Assembly: GCA_963769935.1 (NCBI GenBank)
Contig: CAVYNY010000007.1
Span: 96,001-160,000 of the forward strand
Direction: 5' to 3'
Length of the DNA: 64,000 nucleotides
Source of the DNA: an uncultured delta proteobacterium
GTDB taxonomy: Bacteria; Desulfobacterota; Desulfobacteria; Desulfobacterales; JAFDCJ01
Part shown: positions 29,374-38,748 of the stretch, piece after piece
Numbering within the stretch: the stretch's first letter is position 1
How the letters are laid out: each line of letters starts with the position of its first letter
Program-made: the position numbers and the translations under genes
Notes under the pieces: generated by a model
Database searches by the model: none
The model's input: the letters and a program-made list of their open reading frames with translations, nothing else
What the model was told of the DNA's origin: nothing

Positions 29374-31602
29374 ATGAAATCAAAACGCTTCGAAAATCTG
29401 GCCAAGCGCCCCGTCAACCAGGAAACATTTATTAAACCCTGGCCGGAAACCGGACTGGCGGCCATGGAAAGCCCCCTTGATCCGGCCCCCGGTCTTAAGC
29501 TAGTCAATGGTCGGGTTGTAGAGATGGACGGCGTTGCCCGTGAAAATTTCGATATCATCGATCATTTCATCGTCGATCATGCGCTTGACCTGGCGATGGC
29601 GGAAAAGGCCCTGGCCACACCGTCGCTTGAAATCGCCCATATGCTGGCGGACATCAATGTTTCGCGGGCCGAGGTTCTTGGACTTGTCGGCGGCTGTACG
29701 CCCGCCAAACTGGTCGACATCGTCCAGCAGATGAATGTGCTGGAAATGATGATGGGGCTTGCCAAAATGCGGGCGCGCCGGACACCGGCCAATCAAGCCC
29801 ATGTGACCAATCGCAAAGAGCACCCGGCGCTGCTGGCGGCGGACGCTGCCGAAGCGGCCCTGCGCGGCTTTCATGAAATTGAGACAACCATCGGCGTTAC
29901 ACGCTATGCGCCGCTCAATGCCCTGTCCATCCTGGTCGGATCCCAGACCGGGCGGGGAGGGACGCTGACCCAGTGTGCGGTGGAAGAAGCCACCAATTTA
30001 AGGCTTGGATTCAAAGGTCTGACCACCTATTCCGAGACACTTTCGGTTTACGGCACGGAAAGAACTTTTATCGACGGCGATGATACCCCTTGGTCCAAGG
30101 CCTTTTTAGCGGCCGCCTACGCCAGTCGGGGTGTTAAAATCCGCTTTACTTCCGGTACGGGTGCCGCCGCTTTGATGGGACATTCCGAAGGCAAGTCCAT
30201 GCTGTTTTTAGAGGCGCGTTGCCTGCTGACCACCAAGGGCGCCGGCAGCCAGGGAACCCAGAACGGTTCGATCAGCTGTATCGCACTGCCCGAGTCCCTT
30301 CCGGGCGGGGTGCGTACGGTTCTGGCCGAAAATCTGATTGCAGCCATGCTGGGTCTGGAGGTGGCATCGGGCAACGATGCCCTGGCCTCCCAATCGGAAA
30401 TGCGCAAGAGCGCCAAACTCATGCTGCAATTTATTCCCGGCACCGACTTTATCACTTCCGGCTACGGGGCGATCCCGCGCTATGACAACATGTTCGGCGG
30501 CGGCAACTTCGACGTCAGTGAAATGGATGACTGGCTGGTGCTGCAGCGCGATATGCAGGTTGACGGCGGTATGGTGCCGGTGAAAGAGTCCGACGCTTTG
30601 CAGGTGCGTGAACGCGCCGCCCGGGCCATCCAGGCGGTCTTTGCCGCCTTTGGTTTTCCCGCCATCAGCGAGACCGAGGTTGCAGCCGCCGTCGAGGCCT
30701 ACAACAGTGAAGACATGCCCGACCGCGATAAGGTGGCTGATATTGAAGCCGCCGCCAGACTGCTGCACGGGCCGCTGACCGTCGTCGATGTCATCGCGGC
30801 CCTGGAAAAGGCCGGATTTCATGATGTTGCCGCCCCGGTTTTGGAGCTGCAGCGGCAGCGGGTCGTCGGCGACTACCTGCAGCCGTCGGCTGTTTTCGAC
30901 AAGAATTTTCAGGTGGTCAGCGCCCTGACCGATCCCAATGACTATCGGGGGCCGGGCACAGGCTACCGGGTTGAGGGGGATCGCTGGTCGGTTCTGCAAA
31001 ACCTGCCCCAGGCTTGGGACCCGCGTGCTTATCTGGACAGAATCAGCTCGGCCGGAGTTGAAAGCTGGCTGGAAGAAGGGCTGGCCGCCGCCGAAACCGG
31101 CGATCGTCCCGAGGTGGTTGTCGCGCTGGATCCGGCCTTTGGGGTTAAGATTCATCAAACCATCGGCGGGCTGGATCTGCGGGATGTGATCAGGGCCATT
31201 CTCGCGGGCATCGCTGAAGAGGGGCTGCCGGCAAGACTGGTGCGGGTGTATCACACGGCAGACTGTGCATTCATCGGCCATGCCGGCGCAAAATTGAGCG
31301 GATCCGGTGTTGCCATCGGCATTCAATCCAAGGGAACCACCGTCATTCATCAACGGGATTTGGCGCCTTTGGAGAATCTGGAGCTTTTTCCCCAGGCTCC
31401 CAACATGGAGCTGGAAACCTATCGCAGCATTGGCCGCAACGCCGCCCGTTATGCCGGCGGCAAACCGGCCTCACCGGTAGCTGTTAAAATCGACAACACG
31501 GCACGGTTGCGCTTGATCGTTCAGACCACCCTGCTGCAGCTGCTGGCCACCCGGCAGATTCAAAGCGGCCGGGCCCCGTGCGAGTTGCATGCCCGCTTAT
31601 AA
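29374..31602 (+). CDS. Adenosylcobalamin-dependent diol/glycerol dehydratase, fused large + medium subunits
   Basis: Residues 1-~555 are colinear with PduC/DhaB1 (SKRFE.LAKRPVNQ, QAHVTN, GDDTPWSK, YDNMF). The C-terminal ~180 aa are PduD-like (PAFG, SGSG..IGIQSKGTTVIHQ, LELFPQAP). Confidence 0.95.
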   Translation: MKSKRFENLAKRPVNQETFIKPWPETGLAAMESPLDPAPGLKLVNGRVVEMDGVARENFDIIDHFIVDHALDLAMAEKALATPSLEIAHMLADINVSRAEVLGLVGGCTPAKLVDIVQQMNVLEMMMGLAKMRARRTPANQAHVTNRKEHPALLAADAAEAALRGFHEIETTIGVTRYAPLNALSILVGSQTGRGGTLTQCAVEEATNLRLGFKGLTTYSETLSVYGTERTFIDGDDTPWSKAFLAAAYASRGVKIRFTSGTGAAALMGHSEGKSMLFLEARCLLTTKGAGSQGTQNGSISCIALPESLPGGVRTVLAENLIAAMLGLEVASGNDALASQSEMRKSAKLMLQFIPGTDFITSGYGAIPRYDNMFGGGNFDVSEMDDWLVLQRDMQVDGGMVPVKESDALQVRERAARAIQAVFAAFGFPAISETEVAAAVEAYNSEDMPDRDKVADIEAAARLLHGPLTVVDVIAALEKAGFHDVAAPVLELQRQRVVGDYLQPSAVFDKNFQVVSALTDPNDYRGPGTGYRVEGDRWSVLQNLPQAWDPRAYLDRISSAGVESWLEEGLAAAETGDRPEVVVALDPAFGVKIHQTIGGLDLRDVIRAILAGIAEEGLPARLVRVYHTADCAFIGHAGAKLSGSGVAIGIQSKGTTVIHQRDLAPLENLELFPQAPNMELETYRSIGRNAARYAGGKPASPVAVKIDNTARLRLIVQTTLLQLLATRQIQSGRAPCELHARL

Positions 31603-31641
31603 AGCCAAAATAAATTGGAAGTAATACAAAGGAGTGTAAAT

Positions 31642-32013
31642 ATGGTCCAGGATAATGTGACGACTTTCACCGGACGTGCTTTGCAGGAGCTGTCGATAGA
31701 GAAGGTGCTCAGCGGTGAATTGACTGCCGAAGATTTTCGCATCAGTGCCGACACGTTGCGAAAACAGGCGGATGCTGCCGCATCCGGCGGATATCGGCAG
31801 CTGGCTGAAAACCTGCGCCGGGCGGCGGAGCTGACCTGCATATCCAACGAAGAGGTGCTGGACATTTACAACCAATTGCGTCCGGGACGTTCGAATTACA
31901 AAGCGCTGATTGCTTTGAGCGAGCGCCTCGAAAATGAATATCGGGCGTATCTGACGGCTGCGATGGTGCGAGAAGCGGCCGAAGTGTATCTGGAGCGTGG
32001 AATCGTTCAGTAG
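31642..32013 (+). CDS. Diol dehydratase small subunit (PduE-like)
   Basis: T.TGR.L.ELS.E.VLSG..TAEDFRI, NLRRAAELT, IYN.LRP.RS, EAAEVY..RG; AAGGAG RBS. Confidence 0.93.
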   Translation: MVQDNVTTFTGRALQELSIEKVLSGELTAEDFRISADTLRKQADAAASGGYRQLAENLRRAAELTCISNEEVLDIYNQLRPGRSNYKALIALSERLENEYRAYLTAAMVREAAEVYLERGIVQ

Positions 32014-32132
32014 GCGGTGATTTAGATCTCGTTCAGTTTTCAGCAAGTTTCCTCTTCATTCAAACTGGTCGTCTCGGCGCTTAACTGCTTGGGCTGACAC
32101 TGAAACCTTTCATCGGGATAAGGAGACAGAAT

Positions 32133-33119
32133 ATGAAATACCACTATTTAGGCAACACCGGCATCCGGGTATCCGGTCTGTGCATGGGAACCATGACGTT
32201 CGGCCGGGAGGCGGATAAAGATGCTGCGCGGGCCATCTTCAATCAATGCCGGGATGCGGGCATCAATTTTTTTGACTGCGCCAATGTTTACAGCCACGGC
32301 AAGGCGGAGACTATTCTGGGTGAGCTGATTTCCGACTGCCGGGAGGATCTGGTCGTCACCTCTAAGTTCGCGGGCTCCATGGGCTCCGGGCCGAATACCG
32401 ACGGCGCTTCCCGGCGCCATTTGATGGGCTCGCTGGAGGCCAGTTTAAAGCGCCTGAAAACCGATTATATTGACATCTATTTTCTGCACCGGTTTGACGA
32501 GCACACCCCGCTGGAGGAAACCCTGCGGGCGCTGGACGATGTCGTGGCCCAGGGCAAGGTTCGCTACACGGGGGTCAGCAACTTTGCGGCCTGGCAGATC
32601 GCCAAGGCGCTGGGCGTGTCCGCGCGCAACGGCTGGACATCGTTTCACTGCGTGCAGCCCATGTACAACCTGGTAAAACGCCAGGCGGAAGTTGAAATTC
32701 TGCCCCTGGCCGAATCCGAGAATCTCGCGGTGATCAGCTACAATCCCCTGGGAGGGGGAATCCTGAGCGGAAAATACGGCCCGGACCGCACGACCGGGCA
32801 GGGACGTCTGACCGGAGACGACATGTATCGGAGGCGCTACGGCGAGCAGTGGATGTACGCCGCCGCCGTGAAGTTTACGCAATTTGCGCGGGACAAAGGG
32901 TATCATCCGGTTTCTCTGGCAGTGGCCTGGGTGGCCCATCACCCGGCGGTGACCGCCCCGATCATCGGCGCCCGCAATGTCGAGCAGTTAAAAGACTCGC
33001 TGCAAGCCGCCGATATTCAAATGAGTCCGGATCTTTATGCCGAGATCTGCCGGCTGACGCCCGCACCGCCTCCAGCCACCGATCGGTCCGAAGACCGATT
33101 TGACCCGGAAAAAACTTAG
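32133..33119 (+). CDS. Aldo/keto reductase
   Basis: LCMGTMTFG, D.ANVY, SLKRLKTDYIDIY, GKVRYTGVSN, PIIGARN. Confidence 0.93.
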   Translation: MKYHYLGNTGIRVSGLCMGTMTFGREADKDAARAIFNQCRDAGINFFDCANVYSHGKAETILGELISDCREDLVVTSKFAGSMGSGPNTDGASRRHLMGSLEASLKRLKTDYIDIYFLHRFDEHTPLEETLRALDDVVAQGKVRYTGVSNFAAWQIAKALGVSARNGWTSFHCVQPMYNLVKRQAEVEILPLAESENLAVISYNPLGGGILSGKYGPDRTTGQGRLTGDDMYRRRYGEQWMYAAAVKFTQFARDKGYHPVSLAVAWVAHHPAVTAPIIGARNVEQLKDSLQAADIQMSPDLYAEICRLTPAPPPATDRSEDRFDPEKT

Positions 33120-33204
33120 AAATGGTTTTGAAACCCGAGATCGCCTCCAAACAGGCGTTGGCAGCTTAAGGTTTCAGGTGTCGGGAGCAGCCTTGCCGGA
33201 ATTT

Positions 33205-34213
33205 TTAACTGTACAGCGACGCACTGCGTCCTTTGCCGGCCGACTCCGGATTGACGCAGCTGATCATGGGCCGGCCGTTTAAGGCGTTAATCAGATTACG
33301 GGCAGCCCGTTCCGCCATTTTTGCGCGGGTTTTACTTGTGGCGCTGCCGATGTGAGGAAGGACCGTTACCTGGGGTAAAGCCAGCAGCGGATGGTCACCC
33401 CGCATGGGCTCCGGATCGGTTACATCCAGCCCGGCGCCTGCAATCTGCCCGTCTTTTAATGCGTCCAGCAAAGCCGCCTGGTCGACGGTCTGACCCCTGG
33501 CCGAATTTATCAGCATTGCCGACGGTTTCATCAGCCTCAACTCATTTGCCCCGATATAATGATAAGTTTCGGCAGATAGGGGCAAATGCAAGCTGATAAA
33601 ATCGCTCTGGCCCAACAGCGTTTCTTTATCGACATAGCGGGCACCGAACTCCTGTTCGGCCGGCGTGTTGCGGGTGAAATCATGGTACAAAATAGTCATG
33701 TTGAAGCCTATCGCCCGCCGGGCCACCTCCCGGCCGATACGACCCAGGCCGATAATCCCCAGCGTCGCATGATGAACGTCCGTGCCGAGATTTTCAAGCA
33801 TCCCTCTTTCAGGCGTCCAGCGATCCTGTTTGACCCACTCCACCATCTCCGCCAATCGGCGGGCGGAGGCCAGGATTAAGGCAAACGCCAGGTCGGCTGT
33901 TGTTTCAGTCAGCACATCCGGTGTGTTTCCAACCGGAATACCGGCCGCGGTGCAGGCAGCAATGTCAATATTGTCATAACCGACCGCCTGGTTGCTGACG
34001 GCTTTAACGGCCGGGCAGGCTTCCAGCAGCCGGGCATCGACTTTAATGTCAGTGGTTGTCAGCAACCCGGTACAATCCGCAAACAGATTCAACTGTACAT
34101 CTCTGGGCATCAATATTTTTTCCTGCCAGACATGCAGCTCGCAAACATTCCCGCAATAAGTTCAATCCTTCATCCGCGATGATGCGGGATACGTAGACTT
34201 TTGGTTTGGTCAT
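33205..34213 (-). CDS. D-2-hydroxyacid dehydrogenase (glyoxylate/hydroxypyruvate reductase-like), frameshift near 34148
   Basis: 5' part MTKPKVYVSRII from ATG 34213 lies in another frame. Main ORF has AVGYDNID, NTPDVLTETTAD, GLGRIG, INSARG, LDVTDPEP, PHIGSA. Confidence 0.88.
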
Positions 34214-34240
34214 TTTCGTCAGATCTCTGAGCGTAGAGTT

Positions 34241-34371
34241 TTAGTTGTGTTTTCTTTGCATTTTATGCAAAAATATTTTCGTCACGAAAACACGAAATCT
34301 TGAAATCACGAAATTATTCATCTCTACTTTTAGTGTTTTCGTCTCTTCGTGCTTTCGTGATTAATTTGTCC
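34241..34371 (-). repeat. Dispersed palindromic repeat, copy 4
   Basis: Reverse complement reads ggacaaattaatcacgaaagcacgaag...tttcgtgttttcgtgac...gcataaaatgcaaagaaaacacaa, closely matching copy 1. Confidence 0.85.
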
Positions 34372-34373
34372 AT

Positions 34374-35465
34374 TTATCTTATCGCCTTTCCGTTTTCAAC
34401 GTCGAAAAGATGCAGATTATCGATGCTCGGTTCGACCACGAGGTTGCTGTGCGCTTTGATTTGGCTCTTGCGGCCCACCGCGGCAATTAAACTGAAACTG
34501 CCGGCGTTGAAATCCACGTAGGTTTCATTGCCGATGGGCTCAACCACTTCGACGGTGCCCTGAATGGTTTTACCCGGGCTGTGCTCGCCGGAGACTTTGA
34601 GGTCTTCCGGCCGAACGCCGACAACGATCTGTTTGTGTTTGTAGTCGGCAAGCTGCTTGGATTTTTCCGGCGGCAGATCGATGCGAACCTCGCCCGCCTG
34701 CAGGCAGGCGCTATCTGCCCGGCCGTTGAGTTCGGCATCGAAGAAGTTCATGGCCGGGCTGCCGATAAATCCACCGACGAACTTGTTGGCGGGGGTGTCG
34801 TAGAGTTCAAGGGGGGAGCCGATTTGTTGGATCAGGCCGTCGCGCATGACCACAATCCGATCGCCCATGGTCATGGCTTCAATCTGGTCGTGGGTCACAT
34901 ACACGGCGGTGGTGGCCAGGCGTTCATGCAGTTTTTTCAACTCCAGCCGGGTCTGAACCCGGAGCTTGGCATCCAGATTGGACAGCGGTTCATCGAACAA
35001 AAAAACCTCGGGTTTTCTCACGATGGCGCGGCCTACCGCCACCCGTTGGCGTTGACCTCCTGAAAGCTGTTTGGGTTTGCGGGATAAAAGCGGCTGGATG
35101 CCGAGTATCTCGGCTGCTTCCTGGACGCGCTTTTTGACTTCGTCCTTGGGCCGTTTGCGCATCTCCAGCGAAAACGCCATGTTGTCGAACACGGTCATGT
35201 GGGGATAGAGTGCATAATTCTGAAATACCATGGCGATGTTGCGGTCCTTGGCCGGCAATCGGTTGATGAGGTTGTCTCCAATGTAAACATCTCCGCTGGT
35301 AATGCTTTCGAGACCTGCGATCATTCGCAGCGTGGTGGTTTTGCCGCAGCCGCTGGGCCCTACCAGAACCACAAACTCCTTGTCCTTAATGGACATATTA
35401 AAGTTGTCGACCGCAACGACTTCGTCAAAATGCTTGCAAACGTTTTCTAACCGTACTTCTGCCAT
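34374..35465 (-). CDS. CUT1 sugar ABC transporter ATP-binding protein (MalK/UgpC-like)
   Basis: GPSGCGKT, VFQNYALYPHM, LSGGQRQR, DEPLSNLDAKLR. Confidence 0.95.
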   Translation of the reverse strand: MAEVRLENVCKHFDEVVAVDNFNMSIKDKEFVVLVGPSGCGKTTTLRMIAGLESITSGDVYIGDNLINRLPAKDRNIAMVFQNYALYPHMTVFDNMAFSLEMRKRPKDEVKKRVQEAAEILGIQPLLSRKPKQLSGGQRQRVAVGRAIVRKPEVFLFDEPLSNLDAKLRVQTRLELKKLHERLATTAVYVTHDQIEAMTMGDRIVVMRDGLIQQIGSPLELYDTPANKFVGGFIGSPAMNFFDAELNGRADSACLQAGEVRIDLPPEKSKQLADYKHKQIVVGVRPEDLKVSGEHSPGKTIQGTVEVVEPIGNETYVDFNAGSFSLIAAVGRKSQIKAHSNLVVEPSIDNLHLFDVENGKAIR

Positions 35466-35472
35466 ATTGGGT

Positions 35473-36312
35473 TCACTCCTTTAACGCGCCCGTCATGCCG
35501 GCGACGTAATGTTCTACAAAAAAGGAATACACCAGAGCTACCGGTACCGAGGCGCACAGGGCGCCGGCCATCAGAGAGCCCCAGGAGTAAATATCCCCCC
35601 TGACCAGTTCGGTGACCAGCCCGATTGCAACCGTCTTCTTGGCCGTACTGGAGATAAAAACCAGGGCGTAAAGATACTCATTCCACGAGAGCGTGAAGCA
35701 GAAAATCCCGGCTGAAAGAACCCCGGGCAGGCACAGGGGCAGAATGATTTTGCGAAAGATCTTGATTCGGCTGGCGCCGTCGATCATGGCGCATTCCTCC
35801 ATCTCCTTGGGAATGGATTTAAAGTATCCCATCAGTAGCCAGGTACAGAACGGAATCAGAAACGTCGGATAGGTCAACACCAGGGCCCAGAGTGAGTCCC
35901 ACAGATGCAACTTGAAAATAATATGGGCCAGCGGGATGAACAAAATTGTCTGGGGGACGAGGTATCCCAGAAAGATGGCCACACCGGTGGGGCCCGAGGT
36001 TTTGAACCGCAGCCGTTGAATGGCATAGGCAGCCAGCAGACTAGCCGCCAATGAGATCACTGTGGCGGCAATGGCCACGAAAAATGTATTGGCCATCCAG
36101 CGCAGAAAGATGGTCTCCGTGAAGAGCTTGACGATATTGCTGAGGGTCCAGGTGTGGATGTAAAACGGGTTGAGGCTGAGATTGTAAAGCTCGTTGTCGG
36201 ATTTGAAGACCGTGTTGAACATCCAGTAAAAGGGAAACAGAAGGAAGATCAGGTACAGCACCAGCGGCACATAAAACTTCAACAGCTTTGATCCGGCACG
36301 TTCGATTGCCAT
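35473..36312 (-). CDS. CUT1 ABC transporter permease (MalG-like)
   Basis: Hydrophobic ORF with EECAMIDGAS (EAA loop) and SWNEYLYA. Confidence 0.93.
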   Translation of the reverse strand: MAIERAGSKLLKFYVPLVLYLIFLLFPFYWMFNTVFKSDNELYNLSLNPFYIHTWTLSNIVKLFTETIFLRWMANTFFVAIAATVISLAASLLAAYAIQRLRFKTSGPTGVAIFLGYLVPQTILFIPLAHIIFKLHLWDSLWALVLTYPTFLIPFCTWLLMGYFKSIPKEMEECAMIDGASRIKIFRKIILPLCLPGVLSAGIFCFTLSWNEYLYALVFISSTAKKTVAIGLVTELVRGDIYSWGSLMAGALCASVPVALVYSFFVEHYVAGMTGALKE

Positions 36313-36315
36313 TGC

Positions 36316-37236
36316 TCAATCCTCTTTTTTCAAAAAAACGAAGGCGATAAATACACAGGCGACCAGGATGGGCAGCATAAAATTGGAGATGGCCGCGCCT
36401 TCGCCGAAATGGCCTCCCTGCATGGCCCGCTGATAGGAAAGCGTTCCGAAGATATGAGTGGCGCCGGCCGGCCCGCCTTTGGTAATGATCCAGACCAACT
36501 GGAAATCCGCAAAGGTCCAGATGGTTGAAAAAACCGTTACCACCGTGAGCAGCGGCGTGAGCAGCGGCAGCGTGATGCGCCGGAATTTTTTCCAGGCGCC
36601 GGCACCGTCGATATCTGCAGCTTCGTAAAGTTCGGGACTGATCGTCTGCAGTCCCGCCAGCAACCCGATGGTAAAAAAGGGGATGCCGCGCCAGACATTG
36701 GCTGCGATCAGAGACCAGCGAGCGTTCCAGGGATCGCCCAGAAAATCGATATAGTGTTCGATGATACCCAGCTTAATCAAAAGCCAGGAAATCCCGCTGA
36801 AGGTGGAGTCATAAAGCCACCAGAAACAGATGGCGCTCAGGGCCGTGGGAATGATCCAGGGCAGCAGAATGATCGCCCGCATAAACCCTTTGCCTCTGAA
36901 GTCGCGGTTGAGGATCACGGCCAGTCCAATACCCAGGATGGCTTTCAATATTACCGCGACGATGGTATAGAGGAACGTATTGAATACGGTCAACCAAAAA
37001 CTGGGATCCCGCAGCAGCCAAGCGTAATTTTCGAAGCCGACAAATTTACCTTCACGTCCCACGATGGTATCGGTAAAACCGAGCCACAGGCCCAGCAGGA
37101 AGGGATAGGCCAGGAAGACCAAAAGCAGCAACTCGGCCGGTGCGACAAATATAAATCCCAGGACAGTGGGGTTCTCCAAGGCCCGCGACAGCCAGGTGGT
37201 CTTTAGCTCTTGCTCCCTTACGGCAACTGCGTCCAC
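36316..37236 (-). CDS. CUT1 ABC transporter permease (MalF-like)
   Basis: FVGFENY, LYEAADIDGA, FRRITLPLL. Confidence 0.93.
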   Translation of the reverse strand: MDAVAVREQELKTTWLSRALENPTVLGFIFVAPAELLLLVFLAYPFLLGLWLGFTDTIVGREGKFVGFENYAWLLRDPSFWLTVFNTFLYTIVAVILKAILGIGLAVILNRDFRGKGFMRAIILLPWIIPTALSAICFWWLYDSTFSGISWLLIKLGIIEHYIDFLGDPWNARWSLIAANVWRGIPFFTIGLLAGLQTISPELYEAADIDGAGAWKKFRRITLPLLTPLLTVVTVFSTIWTFADFQLVWIITKGGPAGATHIFGTLSYQRAMQGGHFGEGAAISNFMLPILVACVFIAFVFLKKED

Positions 37237-37401
37237 GTTTTCACCTCCCGGTCAGCCGTATGATAAAAAATTAATGCCATATTCTCTTCCGTTCCAGAGC
37301 GCTGTCTTTGCGTGCCCTGTGATGGCAGCGGGAGGGGCGCTGCCGGCTATTCGCCGGGCAGCCGCAGCCCCTACCCGCTGATTTCTGCGACCGTTGTATT
37401 A

Positions 37402-38748
37402 TTACCTGTAAGCCCTGACAATGGCTTTTTCGGCGTTGTCGATGGCCCGATCTGCCGAAACTCCGCGCGCGCAGTAATTGGCAAACAGATCGACCACCAC
37501 ATACTCGGCCATTACCGCGGCGGAGGCCGGTCCGATCGGCCCTTCGTAGCCGTTGGGCAGCATGTTTTTGATGCAGTCGCGATAGACCGTGTGTTTGGGA
37601 TCTTCGGTCCAGACCGGCAGGTTGCGATAGGCCTTCAGCGACGGGGTGACATAGCCGCGCATGGCGTTGATCCAGGGTCCGGCCTGTGGTTCTTCCATCA
37701 TGAACATCAGAAAATGCTTGGCGGCATTGGGATAACTGGTGTGCTTGAAGATGAAGGCCGGATCGAATAGATGCAGCTCGGTCGGATGGCCGACCGGCCC
37801 CACCGGCGGATGTTGATGATAGGTATCGGTGGCAATATCCGCCCATTTGGGATTATTCTTGGCGGCGTAATAAATGCTGATTCCGTTGTTGGTGGCGGAG
37901 ATCTGGTTTGCGAGATAGACTTTGTTGTTGTTCGGATCCTGCCAGGAAGCGACCCCGTCAACCATGGCGTTGTCGTAAAGGTCCTTCATGGCATCCAGCG
38001 CCATGCGGGTCTCTTTGCTGTTGATCGCCGGGGACCCGTCCTTGTTGACCGTCTTGGCGCCGAAAGCCCACAGAAAACCGTGGGCCCAGTTGTTGCCGTC
38101 TCCAACGGAATGGCCCAGCGCAAAACCGACCGGGTGTCCTATGCTCTTGAGCTTTTTGCAGCAACTGATGAAATCATCCATGTTTACCGGCATCTCCTGA
38201 TAACCGGCATCGTTGACCCAACTCTTGCGGTAGACAATGGCCTGTCCGGGTCCGCCGATGGGAATATCAATCCAGCGTTTGGTGGCCGGATTAATGCCAT
38301 ACTTCAAACACACATCTTCCCATCCACCGTACTTTTGGCCCAGATATTCGGCGATGTCGGTGACATCCACCAGCTTATCCGGATAGAGGAAGGGGTCGTC
38401 ATGCCATCCCAGGACAATATCGGGACCGGCGCCGACGGCAGCCGACATGGCGGCCTTGGGCCGGACGTCTTCCCAGGCCAGATATTCATTGATTACTTTG
38501 CCGCCGGTAGCCTCTTCCCATTTGGCGCAATTGGCTTCCCATAGATCCTTGTCGGCGCCGACAAATACGCTCCACCGCAGTACGTTCAAAGTTGGAGCTT
38601 TTTCGACGGCCAGTTTCGGCGGAGTGGCTGCCAAAGCCTTCTTGGCCAGCGGACCCAAGGGGCCGGCAAGCACTGCGGCACCGGCCAGGCCGGCGCCCGT
38701 TGTTTTGATGAAATCCCTGCGCGTCATGTTGTTATCCTGTTTTTTCAT
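37402..38748 (-). CDS. CUT1 ABC substrate-binding protein with Tat signal
   Basis: TRRDFIK twin-arginine motif, SBP_bac_1/8-like body, GAAAGGAGA RBS before ATG 38748. Confidence 0.9.
   Translation of the reverse strand: MKKQDNNMTRRDFIKTTGAGLAGAAVLAGPLGPLAKKALAATPPKLAVEKAPTLNVLRWSVFVGADKDLWEANCAKWEEATGGKVINEYLAWEDVRPKAAMSAAVGAGPDIVLGWHDDPFLYPDKLVDVTDIAEYLGQKYGGWEDVCLKYGINPATKRWIDIPIGGPGQAIVYRKSWVNDAGYQEMPVNMDDFISCCKKLKSIGHPVGFALGHSVGDGNNWAHGFLWAFGAKTVNKDGSPAINSKETRMALDAMKDLYDNAMVDGVASWQDPNNNKVYLANQISATNNGISIYYAAKNNPKWADIATDTYHQHPPVGPVGHPTELHLFDPAFIFKHTSYPNAAKHFLMFMMEEPQAGPWINAMRGYVTPSLKAYRNLPVWTEDPKHTVYRDCIKNMLPNGYEGPIGPASAAVMAEYVVVDLFANYCARGVSADRAIDNAEKAIVRAYR

Noticed and set aside
29374..32013. 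Classical pdu microcompartment or dha glycerol operon
   Set aside because: No shell proteins, reactivase, PduP/PduQ or DhaT genes are adjacent.
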